A DNA stretch of 64,000 nucleotides from Alphaproteobacteria bacterium (lineage in GTDB: Bacteria > Pseudomonadota > Alphaproteobacteria > UBA828). This document shows positions 41,718 to 52,175 of the stretch, piece after piece (the first letter of the stretch is position 1; each line of letters opens with the position of its first letter). The notes under the pieces were generated by a model. It made no database searches, had not been told where the DNA came from, and worked only from the letters and a program-made list of their open reading frames with translations. A program made the translations under genes and the position numbers. The DNA is taken from NCBI GenBank assembly GCA_965220745.1, contig CBDCQT010000003.1, positions 160,001 through 224,000 on the forward strand, given 5' to 3'.

Positions 41718-41984
41718 TCATGGCCCCGAATTCCCGGTGCCGTCATCGTCGTCGTCCCCGTCTTCCGGGACCGCGTCCGTGAGGCCGTCGTCGGAGGTCG
41801 AATGCCGGCGCCGCGCCACTGCCCACTTCAGGACTTCGGACAGCAGATAGCGCACGAGTACGCTGCCGACGACATAGAAAGGCGGGCCCCCACCGCGTGA
41901 TCGGTAGCTCTCCAGCGTGCGGTGGCTCAGGCCCACATACGCCGCCACTTCCCGCGTGGTCATGAGGCGAGTGTTCTCGTCCAT
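41718..41984 (-). CDS. AlpA/excisionase-like HTH protein
   Basis: LMTTREVAAYVGLS.RTLESYR..GGGP.F...VRY....V.KW. Confidence 0.85.
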   Translation of the reverse strand: MDENTRLMTTREVAAYVGLSHRTLESYRSRGGGPPFYVVGSVLVRYLLSEVLKWAVARRRHSTSDDGLTDAVPEDGDDDDDGTGNSGP

Positions 41985-41989
41985 CTTCT

Positions 41990-42130
41990 CTCTCCCTTGT
42001 GTCGTGCCCCATCGACCGGAAACCCCGCTCCGGCCTGAGCACGAAGCCGGGACCGCTCATTGCCCTCTCGCCGAACCTTTGCGGCTCGATGCCGGTCTCC
42101 TCGAGGAAGGCCTCCTGCAGGAAGCCGGGG
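41990..42130 (-). pseudogene. Degenerate small Cro-like HTH gene
   Basis: EAFLEETGIEPQRFG..A.SGP.FV resembles small alphaproteobacterial HTH proteins. Confidence 0.3.
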
Positions 42131-42729
42131 CCGATGGGCTCCAGGCTTTTGGGGGCCGGCACCGTGTCGGCAGTGCCGAGGCGCACGTCCGAGCCCCGGC
42201 CGAGGCGGCCAGGTAAGGGCGCGTCGCCGGGCACGGCGCTGCCGAGGGCGCAATGCGAGAGATGCTCGCGAGCGATGTACGCCTCGACGCTGTGCACCTC
42301 GGTGCTGTGCGCCTCGGTGCTGTCGATCAGCGCCCGACGGCTGCCTGGGGCAATACGGTCGATGTGGAGTGATGTGCTCATGGGAGAACATATAGAGATC
42401 AAACTCCTGCCGGCAACTGTAGGAAATCCTCCAAAAAACTGTAGGGAAAAGGCTATTTGCTATAGCAATTGGCTAAACGCGACGACATAAGACGACATGA
42501 GACGACAGGAGTACGCTGGAGTACGATCCAGTATGGAGATCAAATGTTCGTGATGCCGGCACGGTCCTTCCGGGCGCGAGAATTCGCCGCCATCCGCCGC
42601 AGCCGCTACAGGGTTGGCGGTCAGGGGGAATTCGGAAGGCGCAGGGTGCCTGCCGCCGGTTCCATCGTGATGCCCGCGGAACTCATTGATGGTGAGACCG
42701 AAGAGTTGCGCCGCGTAGCACGATGCCGG

Positions 42730-42900
42730 CGGGGGCAGACTGTCCATCGCGACCATGTCGCCGGCCTCAGGCGCGGACGACACCGGCACCTGCCCGACGT
42801 GCGTGAAGAGGACGGTGCCGTGCATGGCGTTGAAGAGCCCCGTGGGTCATTCCGCTCAGCCTGAGCGCGCCGACAATGATCATGTTCTCCAATGCCCGTG
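42730..42900 (-). pseudogene. IS630 transposase remnant
   Basis: GAL..SGMT, MHG..F..VGQV, GDMVAMDSL align by eye with the intact IS630 at 49754. Confidence 0.6.
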
Positions 42901-42983
42901 GAGCATCGGCACCCGATGTTGTTTCGGTGGGAGAGGTCGAAACCGGGAACGCCGGAGGCGCGAACTGCTGTGCCGGCAACCCG

Positions 42984-43640
42984 TCAGCCGCCCATTGCCG
43001 GTATCTCGGTCTGGCTCAGCGCCTCAGGCGCGCCGTCTGTCAGTTCGAACACGAAGACCTCCTTGGGCTGGCCGTGGTGGCGCCAGCGCGCCGGCCCACC
43101 GGGCTCACGGGCAAAGCCGCGCGTCAGCCCCAGCGAGCGCCAGTTGGCGGCGCGGTAGCAGGTGCCGGCGAAGCGCGAGATGTCCACAAACGTCTCCGCC
43201 AGAAGTGCCGGGTATCCGTGCGCCGCATGCATGTCCTGCGACAGCCACCGCAGGCTCAGCCGCAGCACTCGCGAGGCCAGGTTGGGCACCCGCTCAGGCG
43301 TCAGGATGACGAAGCGTGAGTTGTTGGCGATCAGATGCAGGCGCTGGAACTGCTGCTCCGCCGACCACCCGATCCAGCGATCCCGCGCGCCCAGCTTGAA
43401 CGCGCCGGGCTGCCAGCCGATCAGTGCGAGCCAGGTCTCGCCATGAACCGCGACATAGCGCAGTCCCTTGCTGATGACGCCGTGGAACCGCAGATAGTGG
43501 TGCTCCTCCACCAACGGTTCCCAGCGCCGGTGCTCCTGTGCGCCCCAGATCGGGCGCACTGTGACCGCGCGCAGATCAACGGACGAAGATCCGGGATCGG
43601 CAGCGTCGCCATGAACGGCACACTGCCACATCGAGAACGG
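42984..43640 (-). CDS. Second DUF4338 (DruA-like) protein, probably partial
   Basis: HHYL, AFKLGARDRWIGW, NNSRFVIL, PNLAS, AETFVD..F.GTCYRAANW. Confidence 0.75.
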   Translation of the reverse strand, partial: PFSMWQCAVHGDAADPGSSSVDLRAVTVRPIWGAQEHRRWEPLVEEHHYLRFHGVISKGLRYVAVHGETWLALIGWQPGAFKLGARDRWIGWSAEQQFQRLHLIANNSRFVILTPERVPNLASRVLRLSLRWLSQDMHAAHGYPALLAETFVDISRFAGTCYRAANWRSLGLTRGFAREPGGPARWRHHGQPKEVFVFELTDGAPEALSQTEIPAMGG

Positions 43641-43781
43641 AATGGCCGACCCCAACTTCAGCTCAACCCGCTCAACGAACGGACAATATATTCGTCCTGA
43701 GTGCTGTCGGAGAGTGCTTGACGCCACCGCGTCAACCTGACACATTCATTCTCATAAATAGCGGGATGACAAGGACAATCC

Positions 43782-44093
43782 GTGAAAGGCGTATGCCTGA
43801 TCGTCGTACTCGCGACGTTAGCAACGACCAATGCTGCCGCGCATCCGCAATCGAAGACGCAGCATCAAACATGGTACTGTGGCAAAGATTTTGTGACCTT
43901 CTCGGTTACGAGAGGCAAGTATTCCGAAACAAAGACAATTCGGAAGTCAGATGTCACTGGTCTCGATCATGCAGGAAATTCAGCCAGAATCTGGATTCGT
44001 CGCTCTGTGAGGGACCACGAGAGTATCATTGAGCAATTCCAGCTTGCGTCAGGCGCCTCCGAATACGAGTCCCTTGTGCGATGCCTGAATTGA
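43782..44093 (+). CDS. Small secreted hypothetical protein
   Basis: AGGA SD, GTG start, signal peptide; lower-GC region. Confidence 0.55.
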   Translation: MKGVCLIVVLATLATTNAAAHPQSKTQHQTWYCGKDFVTFSVTRGKYSETKTIRKSDVTGLDHAGNSARIWIRRSVRDHESIIEQFQLASGASEYESLVRCLN

Positions 44094-44112
44094 CCAAAGA
44101 GGAGTGGAGCAC

Positions 44113-44361
44113 ATGTCAAGAACCTCACTGGGTCTCATCTTTCTGTGCTTGATGGTAGCCGTAGGCTCTACGGCGAGGGCACAGGACCTTCTCGAATGTC
44201 TCAACAATAGTGAACTGGTGGGGACGTGTTTCGATTCGGGGCCTATTTCCAATGCCGCAGATGAACACTTTTCGAACTTGCTCGAGGAGTACGCCACAGA
44301 AGGAGCAGGGATCTGGACCCCTTCTGCCACGGAGCGATTTCAAGGGTACTTGTCTAAGTAA
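44113..44361 (+). CDS. Small secreted hypothetical protein
   Basis: GAGGAG SD; signal peptide ending ARA. Confidence 0.45.
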   Translation: MSRTSLGLIFLCLMVAVGSTARAQDLLECLNNSELVGTCFDSGPISNAADEHFSNLLEEYATEGAGIWTPSATERFQGYLSK

Positions 44362-44858
44362 TGAACCCGGAAGATGACTCAAGCGCGCCTCAGCGCGAAG
44401 CCGAGGGTTCGCGTCACCTCGCGATAGTGCAGACTTATTTCGCTAGTCTGTTGGCCATTACCGCCGTCGGGGTCGTCGGCCTGCTCTCAGGATACTTGGT
44501 GGGGCACACCGGTTTAAACCACCCTCAAGTGACTGGCGCCGTCGTCCCTGCCGTGATCACAGGCATAGTAGCTGGGATTCTCTGGTTAGTTGTCAAGAGC
44601 ACGAACATTAGAATTATCGTCGGCAGTCTCTCGGTGCTCCTCTTTTGCGGACTCTTCTTTCTGGGAGGTAACTTAGGTGTCAGCGAGCGGGCGAAGGACA
44701 ACACCAATGCGACCAACAACGCACGGAAATTGGAGAGGCAGCACCACTTCGACCACCTAGAGTGGTGCTCTGACATCGAATACAGAATCAACAACCTTCG
44801 AAATAAGGCGAGCCTCCCCCCGTTGAGTAGCGAGTATTTCTGTCGCCAGAAGCGGTAG
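44361..44858 (+). CDS. Hypothetical membrane protein (3 TM)
   Basis: TAATG coupling with the upstream ORF; three hydrophobic segments. Confidence 0.55.
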   Translation: MNPEDDSSAPQREAEGSRHLAIVQTYFASLLAITAVGVVGLLSGYLVGHTGLNHPQVTGAVVPAVITGIVAGILWLVVKSTNIRIIVGSLSVLLFCGLFFLGGNLGVSERAKDNTNATNNARKLERQHHFDHLEWCSDIEYRINNLRNKASLPPLSSEYFCRQKR

Positions 44859-45509
44859 TTTCAGACATCCTGACCTCATGAATTTGGTGCTTTGATCTGG
44901 AGTGTGTAGAGTTGTGTCGAAGCGCTTGAGATTCGAGCGTTTCTTTGCTGTTTCAGGCGGCGTATTCATTGACCGTAGTAGCTGGGTCTGCTTTTTCGGT
45001 GGTAGGGTTTTCGTGGCTCTAACCGTGTCCACTACCCTCCCTCTTTGCTCTCCAGAGGCGGTTCCGATCAGCAATATTTGCTTTGTTATTCTGATCTCGG
45101 TCGACACGCACACGCACCTTACCAATCTGGTTCCGTTTGACAGCTATGCCGCTGAAGTCCGTGTCGCGATGCTTCTGCGGATCGGCCGGCTGGCTGTGGT
45201 CAGGTTGGCTAATCTGTTGCTCACGCTCAGCCGCAGGTGCTGCTGGCGGGAGTCGCGCGAGATTCACGTTGTGCCGAATGTCGACGTGCCCGTGAGGTGA
45301 CGGACGCCGGCGGCTTGGCGATCACCAGTGGTTTTAGCATCGATCTCCGAGACGGTTCGGCGGCTCGCCGTCGCGATCACGGGAGGTGAGTTGTGGCTGC
45401 CCTGTGACCGAAACCGGCCCGCCGTCGTCATTTTCACCGAGAGAGTGCCGTCAATGCCCTCTCTACACGAAGCCTGCGCGTCGAGTGAACACGGAGCGAA
45501 GACCGGACA

Positions 45510-46269
45510 CCAAGCCCGGATCTACGTGCTCCTCGAGCATAAGAGCAATGTCGACGCCGGCACGCCCCTTCAGATTCTGAAGTATATGGCCAACATCTGG
45601 CTCCGCGAGATCGAGGGCGGCACCGCCAGGGACAGGCTCCCCCCGATCATCCCGCTCGTGTTCTACCACGGCCAGGGTCGATGGACGGCGGCCCGCTCTG
45701 TGGCGGAAATGATCGAGGCGCCCGACGAGCTGGCACCCTTCCTGCGGGAGTTCGCCTACGTGCTACACGACCTCGGGGAGATAGCGCCGCTTAGACTGTC
45801 CCGAACGCCCGAGGTGCGGGCCGGGCTTCTGGCGCTCAAGATGGTCCATGCCGACGCCATCCCGCCTGACATTCTCGATCAGATGACCGGCGGGCCGGTT
45901 GCGGGAAGCGAGTTCGAGCGCCATATTGTTCGTTACATCGCGGAGCGCATGAACCTGACGCCGCCCTTGCTGGAGGCGTGGTTGCGCCGGACGAAGCCGG
46001 ACCGCTGGGAGGCGCTGATGGGCACTGTGGCGGAAGCCTGGATCGAACAGGGAAGAGCAGAGGGGATCGAGAAGGGCCTCGCCCAGGGCATCGCCACGGG
46101 CCAGGCCGGACTGCTTCTTCGCCAGCTGGAACTGCGTTTCGGTGAATTGCCGGTCACCGTTTGCGAGCGCGTTCGCGGCGCGTCGGCCTCCGAGCTCGAA
46201 GCCTGGGCCGTGGCGGTGCTGGTCGCGGCCAGCCTCGACGAGGTGCTGGCGGTCAAACCCGGGTCCTGA
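45510..46269 (+). pseudogene. 5'-truncated Rpn/YhgA-like (PD-(D/E)xK) nuclease with DUF4351-like tail
   Basis: IYVLLEHKS, LPPIIPLVFYHG, EQGRAEG, LLRQL.LRFG.LP; the family N-terminus is absent. Confidence 0.8.
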
Positions 46270-46457
46270 CTTCCGGGCGGCTGCCGCCCCACCGGTAAAT
46301 GCGAGTTCCGCTCTGACTTATCGATTCGCTCGGGAAACGTCGTGATGGCAACGGCCGTCCCGGAATTGCTGACGGTGTGGCGTTGCGTCGCGGAGCCCGG
46401 CATCTTCAACACGACAAAGCCGGCCCACCAGCTTGGCGTCGTCAAGCGGTTGGATGA

Positions 46458-48914
46458 TTGGAGAGCAAATTGGCTCGCCAGAACTCCGATAGCGACGAGG
46501 CCGCGCGCATTCGCGACCGCCTCGCTCGGCTCGATGCCGAACGCGATGCCCTGAAGGCACGGCTTGCCGAGCTCGAAGCCCAAGATCAAGGCGCGCCGAA
46601 CGACAGCTCGAATTGTGAGCAGGTAACCGAGCGCTCGCCTGCGCGTGAGAAGGTCGCGCTGTTCCGATCGCTCTTCCGCGGCCGCGACGAGGTCTATCCC
46701 AAGCGCTGGGAGAACACCCGGACCCGAAAGTCGGGATACGCGCCCGCCTGCAGCAACGAGTGGAAACCGCAGGTATGCGGCAAGCCCAGGATCAAGTGCG
46801 GCTCATGCACCAACCAGGCCTTCCTTCCTGTCACCGACGAGGCGATGGTCGACCACCTGCGCGGCCGCCACACGCTCGGTGTCTATCCCATGATGGCGGA
46901 CAGCACGTGCCACTTCCTGGCCGCCGACTTCGACAAGGAGACATGGCGGAAAGATGCCGAAGCTTTTCTCGCCGTGTGCCGCTCGAAGGGCGTTCCGGCG
47001 GCCCTGGAGCGCTCGCGCTCGGGCAATGGTGGTCATGTCTGGATTTTCTTCGCCGAGGCCGTGCCCGCGATACTCGCCCGCCGCCTCGGCGCCCATCTTC
47101 TCACCGAAGCCATGGAGAACAACCCCGACATCGGCTTCAAGTCCTACGACCGGCTCTTTCCGAGCCAGGACACTCTGGCGGATGGTGGGTTTGGCAACCT
47201 CATCGCGCTACCCCTGCAGGGCGGCCCGCGCGAGAGCGGCAACAGCCTGTTTCTCGACGACGAGTTCGAGCCTTGTGCCGACCAGTGGGCCTTTCTGGCC
47301 ACGGTTGGCCGCCTGAGCCTGGCGGAGGCCACGGCCATCGTCGACGAAGCCAGCAGGCAAGGCCGAGTCGTCGGCTTGCGCCTTCCGGTCGAAGAGGAAG
47401 ACGAGAAGCCCTGGACGGCGCCGCCGTCGCGGCGGCGGTCTCCGCCGGCAATCTCCGGCACGCTCCCCGAGCGGATCGACGCGGTTCTGGGTGACCAGCT
47501 CTACGTGCCGCGCGAGGGCCTGCCGCCGGGTCTGGTCAACCGGCTCGTCCGCCTCGCAGCATTCCAGAACCCGGAATTCTATCGTGCACAGGCGATGAAG
47601 CGCTCCACCTTCGGCATCTCCCGCATCGTCGCCAGCGCCGAACTCCTGTCCCACCACATCGCCCTGCCGCGCGGCTGCCGCGCGGCGATGGAGCAGTTGC
47701 TCGACGAACTCGACATCGCCTGTCATGTGCGCGACGAACGCAACGTCGGCCGGCCTCTCGATATCGCCTTTCTCGGCGAGTTGATCCCGGAGCAGCAGGC
47801 GGCGGCCGAGGCCCTGCTGGCACACGAGACCGGCGTGCTGGCGGCAGCGACGGGGTTCGGCAAGACGGTGGTCGCCGCCTCCGTGATTGCCGCGCGCAAG
47901 GTGAACACGCTCATTCTGGTTCACCGCAACCAGCTGATGGATCAGTGGGTCGCGCGGCTGGGGGCGTTCCTGGATCTTCCGAAAGGCGCGATAGGACGTA
48001 TCGGCGGAGGCAATCGAAAGCCGGGCGGCATCGCCGATGTGGGCACGTTGCAGAGCCTTGAGCGCGACAACGTGGTGGACGACGTCGTGGCCGACTACGG
48101 ACATCTGGTGGTCGACGAGTGCCACCATCTCTCGGCGACCAAGTTCGAGATGGTAGCGCGGCGTGCCAAGGCCCGTTACGTCCTCGGGCTGTCGGCGACG
48201 GTCACGCGCCGGGACGGTCATCATCCCATCGTCTTCATGCAGTGCGGCCCGGTGCGGTACCGGGCGAGCGCCAAGGCGGAGGCGCGCCGCCACCCGTTCA
48301 GGCATCGGGCGATCCTGCGTCCGACTTCGTTCAGGTTGCCCGGCAACGACGACGAAGATCGTCCGCCGATCCAGAACATTTACGCCGCGCTGGCCGACGA
48401 TGAAGCTCGCAACGCGCTGATTTTCGACGATGTGCTGACGGCGCTGGAAGCGGGCCGCTCACCGATCCTTCTGACCGAGCGCAAGGACCACGCCGACCGC
48501 TTTGCGGAGAGGCTCGGCCGTTTCGCCCGCAACGTGATCCTTCTGCGCGGAGGCATGGGGGCGAAGCAGCGCCGTGAGGTCATGCAGCGTCTCGAAGATG
48601 TACCCGATCACGAGGAGCGTGTTCTCGTCGCGACTGGCCGCTATATCGGTGAGGGGTTCGACGACGCCCGCCTCGATACGCTGTTCCTGACCATGCCGAT
48701 ATCGTGGAGGGGGACACTCGCTCAGTATGTCGGTCGCCTGCACCGCAATCATCCGGAGAAGCGCGAGGTGCTGGTCTACGACTACCTCGACGACGCCGTG
48801 CCGGCGCTTCGGCGCATGGCAGCAAAGCGCGTTCGCGGATACGAGAACCTCGGCTACACGGTCGAGACGCCCGATGCGCTGAGCATCAAGCGAGACTCTT
48901 CGGGCGATGCATAG
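46458..48914 (+). CDS. AEP primase-like domain fused to a ResIII-type DExH helicase (TOTE-system-like)
   Basis: FLAADFD, ERSRSGNGGHVW, GFGNLIALPL; ATGFGKT, DECHH, SAT, QYVGRLHR. Confidence 0.85.
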   Translation: MESKLARQNSDSDEAARIRDRLARLDAERDALKARLAELEAQDQGAPNDSSNCEQVTERSPAREKVALFRSLFRGRDEVYPKRWENTRTRKSGYAPACSNEWKPQVCGKPRIKCGSCTNQAFLPVTDEAMVDHLRGRHTLGVYPMMADSTCHFLAADFDKETWRKDAEAFLAVCRSKGVPAALERSRSGNGGHVWIFFAEAVPAILARRLGAHLLTEAMENNPDIGFKSYDRLFPSQDTLADGGFGNLIALPLQGGPRESGNSLFLDDEFEPCADQWAFLATVGRLSLAEATAIVDEASRQGRVVGLRLPVEEEDEKPWTAPPSRRRSPPAISGTLPERIDAVLGDQLYVPREGLPPGLVNRLVRLAAFQNPEFYRAQAMKRSTFGISRIVASAELLSHHIALPRGCRAAMEQLLDELDIACHVRDERNVGRPLDIAFLGELIPEQQAAAEALLAHETGVLAAATGFGKTVVAASVIAARKVNTLILVHRNQLMDQWVARLGAFLDLPKGAIGRIGGGNRKPGGIADVGTLQSLERDNVVDDVVADYGHLVVDECHHLSATKFEMVARRAKARYVLGLSATVTRRDGHHPIVFMQCGPVRYRASAKAEARRHPFRHRAILRPTSFRLPGNDDEDRPPIQNIYAALADDEARNALIFDDVLTALEAGRSPILLTERKDHADRFAERLGRFARNVILLRGGMGAKQRREVMQRLEDVPDHEERVLVATGRYIGEGFDDARLDTLFLTMPISWRGTLAQYVGRLHRNHPEKREVLVYDYLDDAVPALRRMAAKRVRGYENLGYTVETPDALSIKRDSSGDA

Positions 48915-49661
48915 CGGAGGAGGAGGCGTCGCCGCGATCAACGGCCGACAATGTCGCGCCTTGCATCCGGCTCATCGCCCGCGGCGCGTTCTTCGGCATG
49001 CGCCACCGTGGTGAAAGCCGAGTTGATCGCCTGTTTAGGTCCGCTCCGGATCGATCCAAACGCCTCTCCACGTTCGCTATCGGTTTCAGGGGATCCGCCA
49101 TACCGCCGAATTCGGCTTGGCCACCATCACCGCCTTCATGACGATGTCATCGTACGCGCCGTCGAACCTGGTGTGATCGTCGTGACCAGCGTTGTTCCAG
49201 AACATTCCGTGCGAGCCGTGCCTGACGCGTACGTGGGCGTACGTCGTAAAGGCCCTCGATCGCTACGAGAGCGACATGTCGACCAGGCTGTTCGTGTGGG
49301 ACCAATTTCCGGGCGCCTACCCCACACTCCTCGGCAACATCGCGGTGAGTCGGGCCCGCGTGATCCTGAAATTCATGGAAGACGCGGGCCAGACTTTCGC
49401 CCAGGCCCACAACGCGCTGAACATGCTGGGGCCAGAGACATGGTAGACCTGAGCATGTGCACAAGGGGGGCTATGGCTGACAAGATGACCGTCGGACGGT
49501 TCATCCTCCTCCCGCTGGGTTTGGCGATCGCGTGCGCGGTCCTGGCGGTGATCATGCTTCAATTTGTTCAGCTATGAGGATGCGGAGCCAACGGGGCTGG
49601 GCGGCGCCGTGTGGGACGGGAGCTATCTTTGCGCCTTCAGTTCCCGAACCAGGGCTCGCAC

Positions 49662-50719
49662 TAGAGCATTTTTCGATCTTAGAGAATCTTTAGAATTTTC
49701 AATCGCTTGGATTTGTGATTCAAGATGCAGGCTGGTGAAGGAGGCCAGCCTGCATGACACGACCTCTTTCGAATGATCTGCGTCGCCGGGTGGTGACGGC
49801 GGTGGTAGACGGCGGCATGACCCGCCGGGGCGCGGCAAGGCGCTTCGGGATTGCGCCGTCGACGGCGATCAAGTGGGTCGATGCCTGGCGCCGCACGGGG
49901 AGCTATCGCCCCAGAGCGCAAGGCGGCGACAGGCGCTCGCGGCGGATCGAGGCCCATGCTGAGGTGGTGCTTGCGCTGGTCGACGAGACCCCAGACATGA
50001 CGCTGGCGGAGATCGCCACCCATCTGGAAGACGAGCACGGTCTGCGGGTCTCCCAGAGTACCGTGTGGCGCTTCTTCCACCGCCGCGGCATCACCTTCAA
50101 AAAAACGGCGCACGCCAGCGAGCAGCAGCGCCCTGACGTGCTCAGGCGCAGGCGCGCCTGGGTCGACACCCAACCCGATCTCGACCCTGAGAAGCTCGTC
50201 TTCGTCGATGAAACAGGCGCTTCCACCAAGATGGCGCGACGATGCGGCCGGGCTCCTCGCGGACATCGCTGCCGCGCGCCTGTACCCCATGGGCACTGGA
50301 AGACCACAACCTTCGTCGGCGCCTTGAGGCTGAGCGGAATGACCGCACCCATGGTGCTCGACGGTGCCATGCACGGGGCCGCTTTCTTCGCCTACGTCGA
50401 ACAGGTGCTGGTGCCCGCGCTCGAGCCCGGCGACATCGTGGTGATGGACAACCTTGCCTGCCACCGCAGCGCCGCCGTGCGCGACGCCATCCAAAGCGCC
50501 GGGGCCGAGTTGCGCTTCCTGCCGCCATACAGTCCCGACTTCAACCCGATCGAAATGGCCTTCTCCAAGCTCAAGGCCTCCCTCAAACGACGCGCCGCCC
50601 GCTCCGTCAACGAACTCTGGGAGGCCATCGGCGAGGCCACAGACACCTTCACACCCGCTGAGTGCCAAAACTACTTCGCTGCTGCGGGATATGACTACGT
50701 GTGATCGGATAGCGCTCTA
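49662..50719 (+). mobile_element. IS630-family insertion sequence
   Basis: Imperfect IRs TAGAGCATTTTTCGATC / GATCGGATAGCGCTCTA; TA ends within CTAG. Confidence 0.9.
49754..50704 (+). CDS. IS630 transposase (single frame)
   Basis: FVDET, VVMDNL..H, LPPYSPDFNPIE DDE motifs. Confidence 0.95.
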   Translation: MTRPLSNDLRRRVVTAVVDGGMTRRGAARRFGIAPSTAIKWVDAWRRTGSYRPRAQGGDRRSRRIEAHAEVVLALVDETPDMTLAEIATHLEDEHGLRVSQSTVWRFFHRRGITFKKTAHASEQQRPDVLRRRRAWVDTQPDLDPEKLVFVDETGASTKMARRCGRAPRGHRCRAPVPHGHWKTTTFVGALRLSGMTAPMVLDGAMHGAAFFAYVEQVLVPALEPGDIVVMDNLACHRSAAVRDAIQSAGAELRFLPPYSPDFNPIEMAFSKLKASLKRRAARSVNELWEAIGEATDTFTPAECQNYFAAAGYDYV

Positions 50720-50720
50720 G

Positions 50721-52152
50721 TACTACAGTTTCGTTTTACTGCTCTGTATGGCTCTCTGGGCCGAACGGCTGCGGAGAGGTGGATCGATGAGCGTGGCGGA
50801 TTGGTCGGGCTCGCTTCTGGAATGGGAGCGCGAGCTGGGGTTGTGGAAGCTGCGTCTGGGCCCGGTATTCGGGCGTCGTGAGGTGCGCGAGACGGGGAGC
50901 GCGTTTTTGGACGGCCTGCTGTCGGGGATCGCGCGCAAGACGGGCTGGATGATGGCGGAACAGGCGGGGCTGTCCCGGCCGTGGCGGATGCAGGCGCTTC
51001 TGGGCCGCAGCCGCTGGGATGCCGAGGCGCTGCGGGACGAGGTCCGAGCCTATGCGCTCGAGGCGCTGGGCTGCCCGGACGGCGTGCTGGTGGTCGATGA
51101 GACGGGCTTCGTGAAGAAGGGCCGGCATTCGGTCGGTGTTGCCCGCCAGTATTCGGGGACGGCGGGTCGTGTCGAGAACAGCCAGGTCGGTGTCTTTCTT
51201 GCCTACGCGGGCCATCTTGGGCAGGCGCTGATCGACCGCCGGCTTTATCTGCCGCGCGCGTGGGCCGAGGACGGCGCACGTCGGGCCAAGACGCAGGTGC
51301 CCGACGAGATCGTCTTTGCGACCAAGCCGGCGCTCGCCCGCGCGATGATTGCTGCGGCGCTCGATGCGGACCTGCCCTGCGCCTTCGTTCTCGCCGACGC
51401 GGTCTATGGCTCAGATACCCGGCTGCGGCGCATGCTGGAAGAGCGAGGACAGAGCTATGTGCTGGCGGTGCGCAGCAACCACACTCTGCGCTTTGTCACC
51501 CCGTCCGGGCTGATCGAGACCGATCCCGCGACCATGGCCGATGATCTGGACGACGGGGCCTGGGCGGCCCATGCCGCCGGCGAGGGCAGCAAGGGCCCAA
51601 GGCTCTACGACTGGGCTCGCATCGCCCTGGGCCGGCCCTGCGACGAAGGGCCGGAACGATGGTTGCTCATCCGCCGTTCCCGCAACGATCCGAACAAGCG
51701 GGCCTACTCTCTCGTCTTCTGCCCCCAAGACACCACGCTCGCCGAACTCGCCGGTGTCGCAGGCCTGCGATGGACCATCGAGGAGTGCTTCCAGAGAGCC
51801 AAGGACGACCTCGGCCTCGACCATTGCGAGGCCCGCTCCTGGCACGGTTGGCATCGCCACATCAGTCTCGTCATGGCCGCGGCCGCCTTCCTCGCCAAAC
51901 TCGCTGCCGAGCTGCGAAGCGCCGCATCCGGCAAAGAGAACGAAACGAGTCCCAACCCGCCAATCGCCGCCTGATGCTCCTCGCCGCCCTCGTGCCTTCG
52001 GTCCCCGAAATCCAAACCCTTCTCGCTCGCTTGATATTCAAACCGTCGCAAAGAGCTTCCGACATCATCCAGTGGTCTCTATGGCGACGGCAACACCAAG
52101 CCTCAGCGGCTGTCTCTCACTACAAGAAACGAACATAAACGCAACTGTAGTA
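50721..52152 (+). mobile_element. IS701-family insertion sequence (copy 1)
   Basis: IR TACTACAGTT..CGTTT; flanked by CTAG at 50717-50720 and 52153-52156. Confidence 0.9.
50787..51974 (+). CDS. IS701 transposase
   Basis: VDETGF.KKG.HSVGVARQY.G..G..ENSQ, ADAVYG, RWTIEECF. Confidence 0.93.
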   Translation: MSVADWSGSLLEWERELGLWKLRLGPVFGRREVRETGSAFLDGLLSGIARKTGWMMAEQAGLSRPWRMQALLGRSRWDAEALRDEVRAYALEALGCPDGVLVVDETGFVKKGRHSVGVARQYSGTAGRVENSQVGVFLAYAGHLGQALIDRRLYLPRAWAEDGARRAKTQVPDEIVFATKPALARAMIAAALDADLPCAFVLADAVYGSDTRLRRMLEERGQSYVLAVRSNHTLRFVTPSGLIETDPATMADDLDDGAWAAHAAGEGSKGPRLYDWARIALGRPCDEGPERWLLIRRSRNDPNKRAYSLVFCPQDTTLAELAGVAGLRWTIEECFQRAKDDLGLDHCEARSWHGWHRHISLVMAAAAFLAKLAAELRSAASGKENETSPNPPIAA

Positions 52153-52175
52153 CTAGTGGTCGCCCACTCGCCTTC

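Noticed and set aside
42281-42325. 15-bp triple repeat (RCCTCGRYGCTGTSS)
   Set aside because: Real, but likely slippage in decayed sequence; no function assignable
48951-49577. ORFs downstream of the helicase
   Set aside because: Several overlapping short frames with no motif; could not choose a real one
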